A DNA stretch of 64,000 bases from Saccostrea echinata (taxonomy: Eukaryota): positions 1,054,001 through 1,118,000 of the forward strand of contig NW_026889801.1 in the NCBI RefSeq assembly GCF_033153115.1. Reading direction: 5' to 3'. How positions within the stretch are numbered: position 1 is the stretch's first letter; every line of letters begins with the position of its first letter. Below, piece after piece: positions 37,201 through 48,322 of this stretch. The translations under genes and the position numbers were made by a program. The notes under the pieces were generated by a model, which saw only the letters and a program-made list of their open reading frames with translations, ran no database searches and was not told where the DNA came from.

Positions 37201-40200
37201 GTCTCATGTACCAAAAATATATACATGTATTGTATATGTGACAGGCATGAAATTACAGTGTATGCTACATGTACATGTATATCTAACTAACACACTGTAA
37301 CTTAATTCTTCAATTTACATGTATTTGGAAGCTAGTGATGTGCTTCTTCATTTGACAAATATGTGGATAACATTTCCATACAAAGCATACATAGATGTAC
37401 ATAAAAATTTTATTTCAAAATAGACTAAACTTAATAATACATAATATGTGAAACATAATAAACATGACTACCTACAATACACATTAACTCCTCATCTTCA
37501 CTATATATACCTGTATAATTGAAAATCTCAGTATATTTCATTAATGCTGAGCTCTGCTCACCCACTGTTTTTATAATTTACCTCTCAGTATTCCCCTGGC
37601 CACTTTTTTGAGATGTTCCTGGTGCTCTGGATCGTAGTTGGGTATTTTCCTCATGTTGTTGTTCTTTATAGCCATAATGACCTCCAGCATGTATTTGACA
37701 TGGGACGACTGTTCCCCTTCCAGAGATTTGGCCGCTGACTGAATCTCTAAGATAACCTCCTTTAGACCATTAGGGTTGTCTTTTCTCAGGGTAAAGCCAA
37801 CATCTAGGGAAGAAGAGAATATTACTATGGATTATGTTTGATGAATGTACAGGAACTTTTAAAATTTTAGCATATTGGTACTTACACTGAAATTTGTTCA
37901 ATGTGCATGAGTAATTGTCTTTTACTCCTTGAAATTGGTTTGTATATGGACCGCCAGAGCTTTGAATGAGTCTGGTTAGAACTGATTCTTATCTGCAATA
38001 TTTTTGTCATGTTTATATCCATCTAATCAAGAGAGAAATTCTACTGGTTGAAAACAGGACATGTCTACAGTGAAAATTTGAGATGTCTCCCCATGAATTT
38101 TGATCACAAGGAGTCCATGCTCTAGAAAGATCACTTCAAAGGGAGATAACACCACTGTAATGTTACCAACAATTAAAAGCAATCCAGTTTCAATGGGTCT
38201 GACAAATCAACAGGGGATGCTTATTCCTCCTAGGAACCTGATCCCACCTTTGGAATTTCCAGTGCTCCATGTTAAGCTCTGTTCACAGATTTGTATTGTT
38301 TGTAGATTTTTTTCGATTGATAACTGTTCATTATATATCAGAGGAGGACATACAAATTGCAAGGTTAAAGCATATTCTGACCAGACAGTTTGAGTTGTCT
38401 CCTTCCTAAAAAGTCAACAACTATACGGTATAACATAAACAAGACTTACTCTTAAGAAGCATGAGTATAATCTGAATATCTTTTTCTTGAAATGACTTCA
38501 CCAGATCCTCAATAATTCCAAATATTAAAACACTGTCCACAACCTATTGATTCCAAGTAAAACAAAACAAATGTTGCATATGTAACAAAATGATTGGGGT
38601 CAATATGATTATTTTTGACACAAAGAATTGCAACAATAAGAATTGATTGACTTTTTAACTAATTTTTACATTTACATGCACATGTAATTGTGAATTTCTG
38701 TAATTCTATTACTTGACCTAATGCTTGAAAAGACTCAGTAATATGATTGCATGTACATTGTATTTTGGTACATCTTTTTGGTGTGGGTACTCTACCTTAA
38801 ATGTATAAAGGAAACCAAACAGCATCACAGTGTTGTCAAGGGATTTGTCCTCCAATCTGTTTCCATGGTTACATACTAATTTATATTTCTGGGCCAAGGT
38901 CTGAAGAAACATGGCTCCTATGGACAAAACAGAACTGGAAACATTTATTTTGCCATCTTGTTCAAACATAGGATCTAACACAATATTCTTTGCTACTGTG
39001 GCTGTACAAATAACTGTTGCTTTTCTAAGCCTATCTATAAATCAGTTCTCGAATTTTCAACTTTAAAGGTGAAGAAAACATGAGACCATTGGGTGTTGTC
39101 TTAATTGCAGTAGGTATGTAGCAACCTTCACACATCATATTCTTGAAATTCTAACATGAAAATATAAAAAAAACTGACTGGTTAACCACTCTATTATAAG
39201 AAGCAAAACAAGATTAAATAACTTAAGGATTGGCCCTTTTGAATATCTTCCACTAAAATCAACTCACCTACTTCTGTCCCAATGTTGCCATGGAGAATTG
39301 TGATGAGCAACATCATTTCCATGGCAAGTCTTTCTGGTGTCATGGTAACAGATACACAAGCACCAATCACAATGGCAGACAGAGCCTCTGTGACCTCTGC
39401 CCTACTGTTGCTACGATAAACAGCCTCTATCTGAGAAAAGATCTGTGACATGTTTGCTTCACTGGCCCTATAAAAAAAGGCATATGAATCAATCGATCTT
39501 TTCTTAATTTCTGCTGTAAGAATACTAAACTGTACACATAAATAATGACTACACACTAAATACATGTACATACAAGAATTGACTTTTTTGTCTAGTAAGT
39601 TACTGATAGGATTTAGAGCTAATCTAGGATCTAAAGCTTCATAACTATGAAGGGCCATCCAAAAACAAAAGAGATGTACCTGTTACTGTACATTAACATT
39701 TAAAAAAAAATCATTTTTCTTAGCTCTGACCATGCATATTTAACATTTTGTACCTGTTAACAAGTCCCTTGAGCTGCTTCTGCAATCTCTCCAACTGAAA
39801 TTTCTTCTTCTCGTCACTGATCTGCATCCTCTTCCCTGGGGGAATATACTTCCCTGACTGCCCAGAACTCTTAACGATGTTCCCCTCTTTGTCTCTTAAC
39901 CTACCATATATGTCCTCAGTAACTTCAGTGTCCTCAATATTTTCATCACTACTTTCATCAGATTTCTCTCCTTCCTTCTCTTCCTCACTTCCATCCTCCT
40001 CCTCAGCTTCATCAACATCATCATCATCATCATCAAATGTTACATCTTTCTTCTTCACTTTTTTGGATTCCTTTTTCTTTTTGTCTTTTTTTACTGCATT
40101 TTCTTCTGTCACTGTTTTAAATTTCACCTGTTTCTGTAGCCTATCATCGCTGGTAGATTTAAGAATGGATTTGACATCAGCTGATTTTTCTGATATTACA

Positions 40201-43200
40201 TCAACTGTTTGATGATGATCATCAGAATCTGATTCCTCATCTTCATCACTGAAGTCATAGTCTTCTTCATCCTCCTCCTCACCTTCATCACTCTCATCTT
40301 CCATGTATTCTTCTTCATCCAAATCACTATCCATTTCCTGTTCTGAATCTTCATTGTCCCTGTCTATATGATAGAAGAAAAATCGAAATTTTTATGCCTT
40401 TAAATATGCGTCATCAAAGCTACATCTCCTGGTAAGCCCTTTTTTTGGTCTATGACTAGGATATTGCTCGTTAAATAAATACTGTGATACAGAATTTTCT
40501 GTACACTTTTTGAGAAGACTTTTAAAAAACTATGAAATGACTTCACAGAAAGATTTTGCATATACAGTATGTGTGTACATTTTTGTGTGCCAGGGACTTT
40601 CATTTCAAATCAGTCTTATTATACCTTTTCTTTTTTTGTGTTCTTCTTCATCTGAATAGTCTTCCTCCTCCATATCTTCAGGAGATTTGTCCAGTGCATC
40701 CAGTAAAACTGTACTGTGTTAAGGCTTCAGTTTCTAACATCATCACACATATATATATTTGTACATGTATAACATTCATTAACAATAAATTGTACATACA
40801 TGTTCATTTATATAATTTATAGTAATTATTTTTTGACACCATGCTACATCCAAAACAATATCTTTCTTTACATACGTATAAATTTCAAATTTTTGTTATC
40901 TGACAATTAAACTTTAAATTATATATTTCATTGAATATCCCTACAAACACTTTGCATGTTATAAAAAATTAACGTCTTCATCCTCTTTAAAAGTTTGTCA
41001 TGAGGAAATTAAAACCAATACCCCCCCCCCCCAACCCCCCGTTAAAATATAAGGATACAATCTAGTCCATCATTGACAAAGGCCTGTGGAAGATTTTTGC
41101 TCTTCCTTTTGTTGAGATGTAGGTTCTTCTCCAGTTGTTTTAACATTCTGTCTTCCTTCTTATTGTCCTCCATCAACTGCTGCTTTCTGTTGTCTATTTC
41201 CTGTAAATTAAACAGATTAATCAATTATCTCAAAGATAAGTTAGTCTTATATCTTAATTTTTTTCAGAATCTTATATAGAAAGAATACTCTGAATTACCC
41301 GGTACTAAAAATATAGTAATCAAGATAAGGATCCTGAATTAACATTCAACGAATCTCAAGGTCTTAGCAGTAATTATATGTATATTCTATTCCTTTCTCT
41401 TTTCTCATTTATTCCTTTCTTCTTCAAAACTTACTTCTTTTTCTTTCATCTTCTTCACTTCTTTCATTCTAGCTTTTTGTTTCTTTTTCTTTTCTTTGAG
41501 TTTTTGAAGTGACTTCTTCTTTGTGTCTGTTTTAACAGCATCTTCCTTAGATTTAGTCCATGTCTGCATATCTGGAAGCTGAACAACAGAAATATGATGA
41601 TGTAATAATTTAATGTATAATTCATAAGAGAAAGTATAAAATCTCAATAAATGTAGGATTATACTTATGTTCTGGATCAACCATTCACTTCATTTGATTT
41701 CAGAGATCAAGCTATTTAAATGCTGCTTCATCATATTCGCCAATGTTCTGAAGTAACCTATACAGTATAGGAGTTCAGTAGGTTCTATTTATGTACAGTT
41801 GAAGGCAATAGCACCATCTGTACTTTAAATAAAGCATGAGAAGCATATCAGTCTGAATAGCAAAGGAGCAGAAGATGTTGATACTTTCCTTTACCTGGGT
41901 GCTAAAAAAGACAAGACAGGAGGAACAGAAGCAGACATAAGAAGGCTAGGCTTAGCCACAGGTGTCTTTTTTTTTTAAAATCTCTGAACCAAGTATGGAA
42001 GTCAGCACAAGAACCAACCAAAGAATCTTCAACACAATTGTTATATCTGTATTGCTGTATTGTTCCAAGCTCTGGAGAACCACCTAGAAAGATGATGAAA
42101 GGCTAGACACATTCCACAGAAAATGCCTTCTGAGAATCTTGAAGATACACTGGCCAGATAGGATCTCAAATCCACAAAATTACATAAAAGAACAAGACCC
42201 ATCCCACTATCCACAACAATCAAAGTGAGAAAATGGAAATGGATAGGCCATTATTCTTCAAAGAGACACCAGTTCAAACATCAGAACTGCTTTAACATGG
42301 GCTCTGGAAGGAAAGAGAAAGTAAGGAAGGCCAAAGAACACCTGGAGGTGCACTGTAGAGAGAAACAGAAGAACTGGGGTGGAGCAGTTGGAAAGAAGCA
42401 CAGTTTATTGCCAATGACAGTGGTAAGGGCGTTATTTATTGAACTGCATATTTTGGTGGCTTGGAATTGTCTCCCTTTGCATTTGCTTAGTAACTCTTAC
42501 AGATAATTTAAAATATATATTTGTTTCAAGTAGATCTATAAGGAAACTCACTGATTGACGTATAGCAGAGCATCAAAAATACAACCCAATATCTAGTATT
42601 ATAGCTGGATGTGACCACAGGTAACTGATATTTTTCTATTAGCTACACTGTACCAGATTATTATGATTATGAAAAATGTTTAAGAAACTTTGAGAGATAT
42701 AGGGAATATCAATATTGTGTGATCTTATATTTGCTTTATCTAATTCATTGCAATGGTGTATATTTGTGAGGCTTGTTGAGTCAATATACACCACTTCAAT
42801 GAGTTAGACTAAGCAGATATAAAATCACACAATTATAAATGATCTATTATCTCATACGATTTTAATTTTTGACAAAACTTTGAGATAACCCAAGTTCAAT
42901 TATGTTGATTGATAACTGCCCAAATCAATGACACAAAAATTGATGATGTCCTCCTGTTGAAATTGACATGCAGTAAGAATACAAAATATGGAGTATTTGC
43001 TGCATCTTTTATAACATATGTGATAATCTTTAGGAGATTTATTTCATATGAACTTTTGATTGGAAGTTGTAATTCCACAAGAATGAGGACAGAGGAATCA
43101 CAAATCCTATTCTGATTCTGTGTATGGAGATACGGCTTCTTGTTCTTGCAGATCCATGGTAAGATGTATATACTTACAGAGAGTATATCTAACTATGTAA

Positions 43201-43866
43201 GAAAGCATTGTTAAAAGGGGCTAGACTTTCCTGCATAGTCAAAGGAATCTTTTACCAACATTACTTATCATTACTTGTGAGAATGATTTATGGAGACCAT
43301 TGAAGAACATTTGAGGGGGAGGGGGGAGGAGGGGGTGTTAAAATCGTCATCGCAGTAGCCAGTACAATACATGATGAAATTTGACATAACATTGAGGTAA
43401 AATGAATATTTTCTTGTTTTTAGTGAACATTTTTGCTCATTATTTTATTTTATAATGCAAGAACTTTCATACAAAGAAGTTTCGATAAATTGACATCTTG
43501 AAGCAAGGGATTATGTCAAAACCGGAAGTGCTATTGATAAAGTATGCCCGTGGATAAAGGATAGGTTATATAATGGTTAGTATCCATCTCACGTATGAGA
43601 TGTAGATAATGTCAAATTAAAGTTTCAAACCAAATTACCACTCTCCCACATCGATATGCATGTTTTCGAGCTTTTTTCAGTTTTCTCTCGTCCTTCCTCC
43701 TTTGTTTTCTTGAATACAATATGTCTGTTTTGATCAAAGATCGGTGTTTATCCGAATCATCAATATTCTTCGCGAAACTTAACACATCTCCACGATATTT
43801 TTTTAATGCAGGGGCTTCTTTGGCTTTACACTTTAGAGTGAATGCTGTTCGCTTCCTGTTACTCAT
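34240..43866 (-). CDS. NOM1: Nucleolar MIF4G domain-containing protein 1 (NOM1/Sgd1), about 892 aa, 14 exons
   Basis: Exons: 43866-43639, 41578-41435, 41200-41059, 40708-40625, 40363-39754, 39467-39268, 38917-38796, 38543-38450, 37803-37582, 37175-37050, 36313-36198, 35975-35811, 35451-35320, 34533-34240 (2679 nt). Motifs SRKQRRKDERKLKK, FVNDGLDFLL, EDIYGR, KYIPP, LKGLVNRASEAN (MIF4G), GRWWLVGSAW, ARKQRMNTDIRKNIFCIIM (MA3). Confidence 0.94.
35126..35229. repeat. Long imperfect hairpin (palindromic non-autonomous element)
   Basis: GAGATATGAAGAGTTATT..TATTCCCCTCGGGCAGAGCCCTCAGGGAATA..AATAACTCTTCATATCTC. Confidence 0.7.
38190..38340 (+). mobile_element. 3' tail fragment of an abundant oyster retroelement
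   Basis: ACAGGGGATGCTTATTCCTCCTAGGAACCTGATCCCACCT...GATTGATAACTGTTCATTAT resembles a retroelement 3' end I recall from oyster genomes; not verified. Confidence 0.4.
40709..41058 (-). other. U12-type (minor spliceosome) GT-AG intron in NOM1
   Basis: 5' splice site GTATCCTT; branch site GCCTTAAC ending 9 nt before the intron end; no polypyrimidine tract. Splicing restores DGLD-F-LLDAL. Confidence 0.85.
41830..42430 (+). mobile_element. Decayed non-LTR retrotransposon (RTE-like) 3' fragment in NOM1 intron 1, antisense to NOM1
   Basis: Frameshifted post-RT motifs: EDVDTFLYLG, GGTEADIRR, HRKCLLRILKIHWPDRISN, RKWKWIGH, ALTWALEGKRK, PKNTWR-like. Confidence 0.8.
42714..42834. repeat. Long imperfect hairpin
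   Basis: ATTGTGTGATCTTATATTTGCTT..TGGTGTATAT..ATATACACCA..AAGCAGATATAAAATCACACAAT. Confidence 0.65.
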
Positions 43867-44029
43867 TGTTATTCACAAAATTGCTTAATATTTAAAAAAG
43901 AAACACTGAATATTCGATAAACACGTTTGATATCAGCATGTTTAGTGAATTCACGTCTTCTCACATGGGCGCAGCCATATTGGTTTATATGTCGATCCCG
44001 ATGAAAGGACTGGAACCCCCCCCCCTCCT

Positions 44030-44275
44030 CCTTCATTCTTTTTAAATCTCGAATCGACACACTTTTCCTCTATTTTTGTATCCTAATATGCACTACATGT
44101 ACATGTTATCGATAATGTAACCCTTTTGTCTCTATAGACTAGTTGATTTTAAATATATATCGTTTTCGACTTTGTCATGTTTATATATCAGTCGAAAATG
44201 ATATATTTAAAAACAGCCTATAGTCACAAAAATAGGAAAAAGGTGATCCGAGATTTTAAAAAAAAAATGAAAAGG
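44030..44275. repeat. Nested inverted repeat (MITE-like) upstream of NOM1
   Basis: Outer arms TTTTAAATCTCG..TTTTCCTCTATTTTTGT / ACAAAAATAGGAAAA..CGAGATTTTAAAA; inner arms TTTTAAATATATATCGTTTTCGACT / AGTCGAAAATGATATATTTAAAA. Confidence 0.6.
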
Positions 44276-44938
44276 GGCAGCCCCCAAGTGCCTGTTAGAA
44301 AGTCGACTTTATTCTTGTTGTCACGTACCGTCCATCCGTCAAACTTATGACTCCCCATCCGTCTTAATTGACATATTTTAAAAAATTATTTTGCTGGTTC
44401 TAAATCAAAAAAAAAAAAAAAAAAAAAAAAAAGAATTTTGCCAATTTGGGATTTGCATGCCACAGGCACTGAATTATTTCTGTAATAAATGTTTTAGAGT
44501 TCAATTTTTTTTTTTTTTTTTTTTTTGCAGAAACAATTTAAGTGTCTACATGCTGTCTCTTACTCGGCTCAGAATTAAAAGTTTATTTGGTGAATTTTTT
44601 GATAAGATGAATCTTTCTTTCTGAGTTTAATTTGTACAGCTCAAGGTCGTACTCTCTCCGCTTTGATGTTATATATTGTAAAAAAATTAAAAAAAATATT
44701 TTGTATGCGGGGGAGGGGTAATAAGATTGTGGGGAAATGATACTTTGCACACATGTGCATAATCAATCATAGCAGCCAGAGCCTTTGAGTCTTTCAAGTG
44801 TCGCTGAACAGGAACAAAGACGAACATCGTTCTTTCTCCGAATTTAAAAGTGCGTGCGTGTGTACCGATAATATTACGTCATAAGCAATTTACGTCATAA
44901 TGAATAGCTCACGTTATGTGATTATGACTTCAAAAATA

Positions 44939-46787
44939 ATGGCTTATATCCTTGGGTAAGTAGCACTATAAACACAGTAGAAATTAACAAAATATTTTAA
45001 GGATATATGTGATTGTTGACGTGTAAAAATTGTTATCATGTAAAAAAGTGAACTAATTGCATATTTATCTCCACAAGTTAATCGAATTAGCTACGTATAC
45101 AAATAAGAGGAAGATTTTATTATTTTCTCGGAGAGTTTATTGTTCTTTATTATCTTGAATATGATTTGAAGCTATATGTTTAGGGAGGGAAAATGTCTTA
45201 CTTAAAAAAGACACACATTTTTTAGATGTAAAATATTCATGTACATGTATGTTCAACTTATCAAAGTACATGTATATATTACCGGTATATTTGAGAATTA
45301 CTTTTGATTCAAGATTATGTACGTATCACTATCCAAATACAATCTTACATTGATTTTCTTATTTTTCTTAATATTTATGTAAAAATTCTTTGAATTCTTA
45401 TAGATTGTTAACATGAAAGATCCATAGAATGGGGATATTTGGAAATGGTGCGCTCAGTTTTGGCCACTGGTTTGGATCCAGACGCCAAAGTAGTCAAAGC
45501 AGACAGAATGATCAGGCGCGCCGATTTCGATTCAAGTTTCTTAAACGCTTTCGTTCCTCTGGCGGATCTAATCAGACTCCCCCAACATGCCCAATCTCAA
45601 AAAACTTCGTTGACGCACTCGCAGAAGAGGACTTGCTTGTTCCAGGGTCAAGTGACCACCCAGCCCTCAATATTTGTGTAGGGATTCGGGATGATGAACT
45701 ACAACATTATAGGAGGCTAAGATACAGGTCTTACGGAAGATCCAGATGGGATGACGTTTTTGCCACCCCTGGCGTACGCAAAGTTGCTCTAGAAATGGAT
45801 GCCAATGAACCAATAATTGACGAGCTCCCCGCCTCGCTTTGGCTTAATTGTGTTGATCCCATACTTCCCGCTCTCATTTCTCTCAGTGCAATGCAGCGGC
45901 GCAGAACAAACCTTACTAAATCCAGGTTAGCTTTATCAAAATTAAATTTTCTTTAAGGTTGATTGATCCTTTGAAAAGAGAGATAACTCTCACTACGATA
46001 AATGACTATAATCTATTCCCATAATTGTTTAGTTATTTAACCAATTTCTGTCACATTTTGTCTCACCAGGTACGCTGAAATTGTGATCGTACTTACCGGT
46101 ATAAGATTTCTTTTGGAAAATCTTAAGTATTGGTTATCGCAAAAATTTTAATTATTGATCACAGAGGGGATATGGACCTTAATTTGAAGAGGTTTATGTC
46201 TATATTCCTTCTCAAATTATTTGATGCCACTATATGAATTCTATATCTATTTCAATTTTTTTTTCAAGGCCCTCAGCAACTCCAGTGCAAGATCCAAATG
46301 AAGTATCTACAGATCATGGTGATTTGGACCGAGGGCCTCCATGGTTAAATGTCATTGGTCCTCAAAATGTCCACATCATTTTCCTAGTAAATCTTCCTGC
46401 AACTGCAGAAGTACGACCAACAGATTTGCTTGGAAATGAATTCTATATGGAGAAGATGCGGATGTTTGATATCGTCACGGTAACGTTATTAAATCACATT
46501 ATGATGTGGAATTACATGTAGCATAAACTTAATATTACAATTTATGGCATTCTTTTAGCATTTTCTTCTCGAATCATATTGCTTCATTTTTATTGAGAAA
46601 TAAAAGGCATGTTTAAAATTTTCATATCTAGGCAAGGAGGGGGCGCAAGAATGTACGATCGAAATTCACTAATATTACTCGATCACGTGGTGTTAACTCG
46701 TTGATGAACACGGACCAATCAAATAACGAGGAAGAAGAGGATGGGAGTTACCAATCTGAATCGGATTCGGGAAACGAGGGAAATTAA
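44939..46787 (+). CDS. Orphan 4-exon gene (about 300 aa), unknown function, with a frame anomaly in exon 2 (possible pseudogene or indel errors)
   Basis: Exons 44939-44955 (MAYILG|gtaagt), 45404 (or 45428)-45925, 46269-46479, 46632-46787 (ends ...NNEEEEDGSYQSESDSGNEGN*). Splice phases are mutually consistent; AATAAA at about 46853. In-frame TGA at 45414 if the 45404 acceptor is used. Confidence 0.65.
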
Positions 46788-47032
46788 GATCTGATCCAAG
46801 GTCTCTTTGACAATAGTGCATGATTTTTGTCGTTTAAACAATAACAAAATAGAAATAAAAACAAAACTCTGAACATTATGTAATTACATGTGTATAGTAT
46901 TTGATTCAGCTTTTGTTTAAGTTGCATACATATAATATGTATTTCTTTCATCAGTGTTTTTAAATTCAGATGATCAATGTTCTACTCGCTATATTTTTCT
47001 TTATATTCAATAAATTTATGCAAATTGATTTA

Positions 47033-47038
<6 letters not shown>

Positions 47039-47087
<49 letters not shown>
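47039..47087. repeat. (TA)n microsatellite
   Basis: Directly visible, about 24 units. Confidence 0.95.
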
Positions 47088-47091
<4 letters not shown>

Positions 47092-47369
47092 TTTCGTATG
47101 GAATACTCAATTCCTACGGTATTTGTCCAGTGACTCTTCTAACAAAACCAAACATTTAGTCAATTTATTGTCTGTTTTTTTTTAAATTGCCATTTGTTTG
47201 TCAACATTCACGACCAGTGTACGAGACAATTGACATTTAATAAATATGGTGCAGCTTGGGTTAAAGATCTCGGCAAAATTATTAAGAGGGAGCACGACCC
47301 TTCACCTTTGGTTCCTACGGCCAAGAAAGAAGTATTATAAATATATACATAATGAAGATGTGTTTGTGA

Positions 47370-48056
47370 AACACTGATGTCCCCGTATGGCAACTTATAG
47401 CGAAGGTTAAAATTTCTCAAATGCAAATCAAATATGTTGGTACCCAAAGTAAGGTCTTGTCTCGAAGAATATGCTGTACCTGTGAAATATGATAGCCCTA
47501 GCTGCAACCATTGAATAGATGTGGAAAATGTTAAAGTTTTCCAAAAGTAAGTCAAACATCAAGGTCAAATGGTCAAAATTAATGGTGCCCAAGGAAAGGC
47601 CTTCTCACAAGATATACACATGTGAAGTATGAAAGCCCTAGCATCAATTGTTCAAAAGGTATGACCATGGTTAAAGTTTTCCAAAAGTAAGTCAAACTCC
47701 TAGGTCAAGGTCAAAGGGTAAAAGATGTTGGTATCCAAAGAAAGGTCTTGTCACAAGGAATACACATGTGAAGTATAAAAGTCCTAACACCAACCGTTCA
47801 AAAGTTATGGCCAAGGTTTAAAGTTATGTAAAATTTTGCAAAACTGGGACAAACTCCATGGTCAAGGTCAAATATGATGGTACCCAAAGAAAGGACTTGT
47901 CACAAGGAATACACATGTGAAATATGACAGTCATAGCTTCAACCAATCAAAAGTTAAGGGCAATGTTAAAGATTTTGCGGACAAACAGCTAGACAGACAG
48001 ACGGACAGGGCAAAAACTATATGTCCCCGAATTTTCGATTACTGGGACATAAAAAT
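47370..48056 (-). mobile_element. HINE with about 4 internal repeats of 140-150 bp
   Basis: Repeats GGTACCCAAAGAAAGGTCTTGTCACAAGGAATACACATGTGAA; (GACA/GACG)n microsatellite and terminal hairpin ATGTCCC..GGGACATAAAAA at the right end. Confidence 0.75.
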
Positions 48057-48322
48057 CAAATCAGTACTTATAAAAGAAATGTTCACTCTGTTACCTATGC
48101 TAATTATATTAAAACAAATGAATATAATACATATTATTAGATAAAGAAAACTTCATTTATATAGGTATTCAGTGATCAAGGTGTTATGTCGTGTATTAAG
48201 GTGTTTGAGTATTATCAGTACTTTCATCCAAAAGCGAATGTACATACAGATCGGGTTCAATGTCTCACAAAAACTAAAAGTTGTGTTAACCAATGAAAGA
48301 ACAGTTCACATTTCTGGTGAAA

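Noticed and set aside
39877-40212. 111-aa Ser/Phe-rich ORF on +
   Set aside because: Antisense shadow of the acidic/Lys-rich NOM1 exon.
42225-42506. 93-aa ORF as an independent gene
   Set aside because: Part of the frameshifted RTE-like LINE remnant.
45414-45416. Selenocysteine readthrough of the in-frame TGA in the orphan gene
   Set aside because: No redox-motif context and no SECIS recognisable by eye in the short 3' UTR; indel or alternative-acceptor explanations are simpler. A SECISearch run would settle it.
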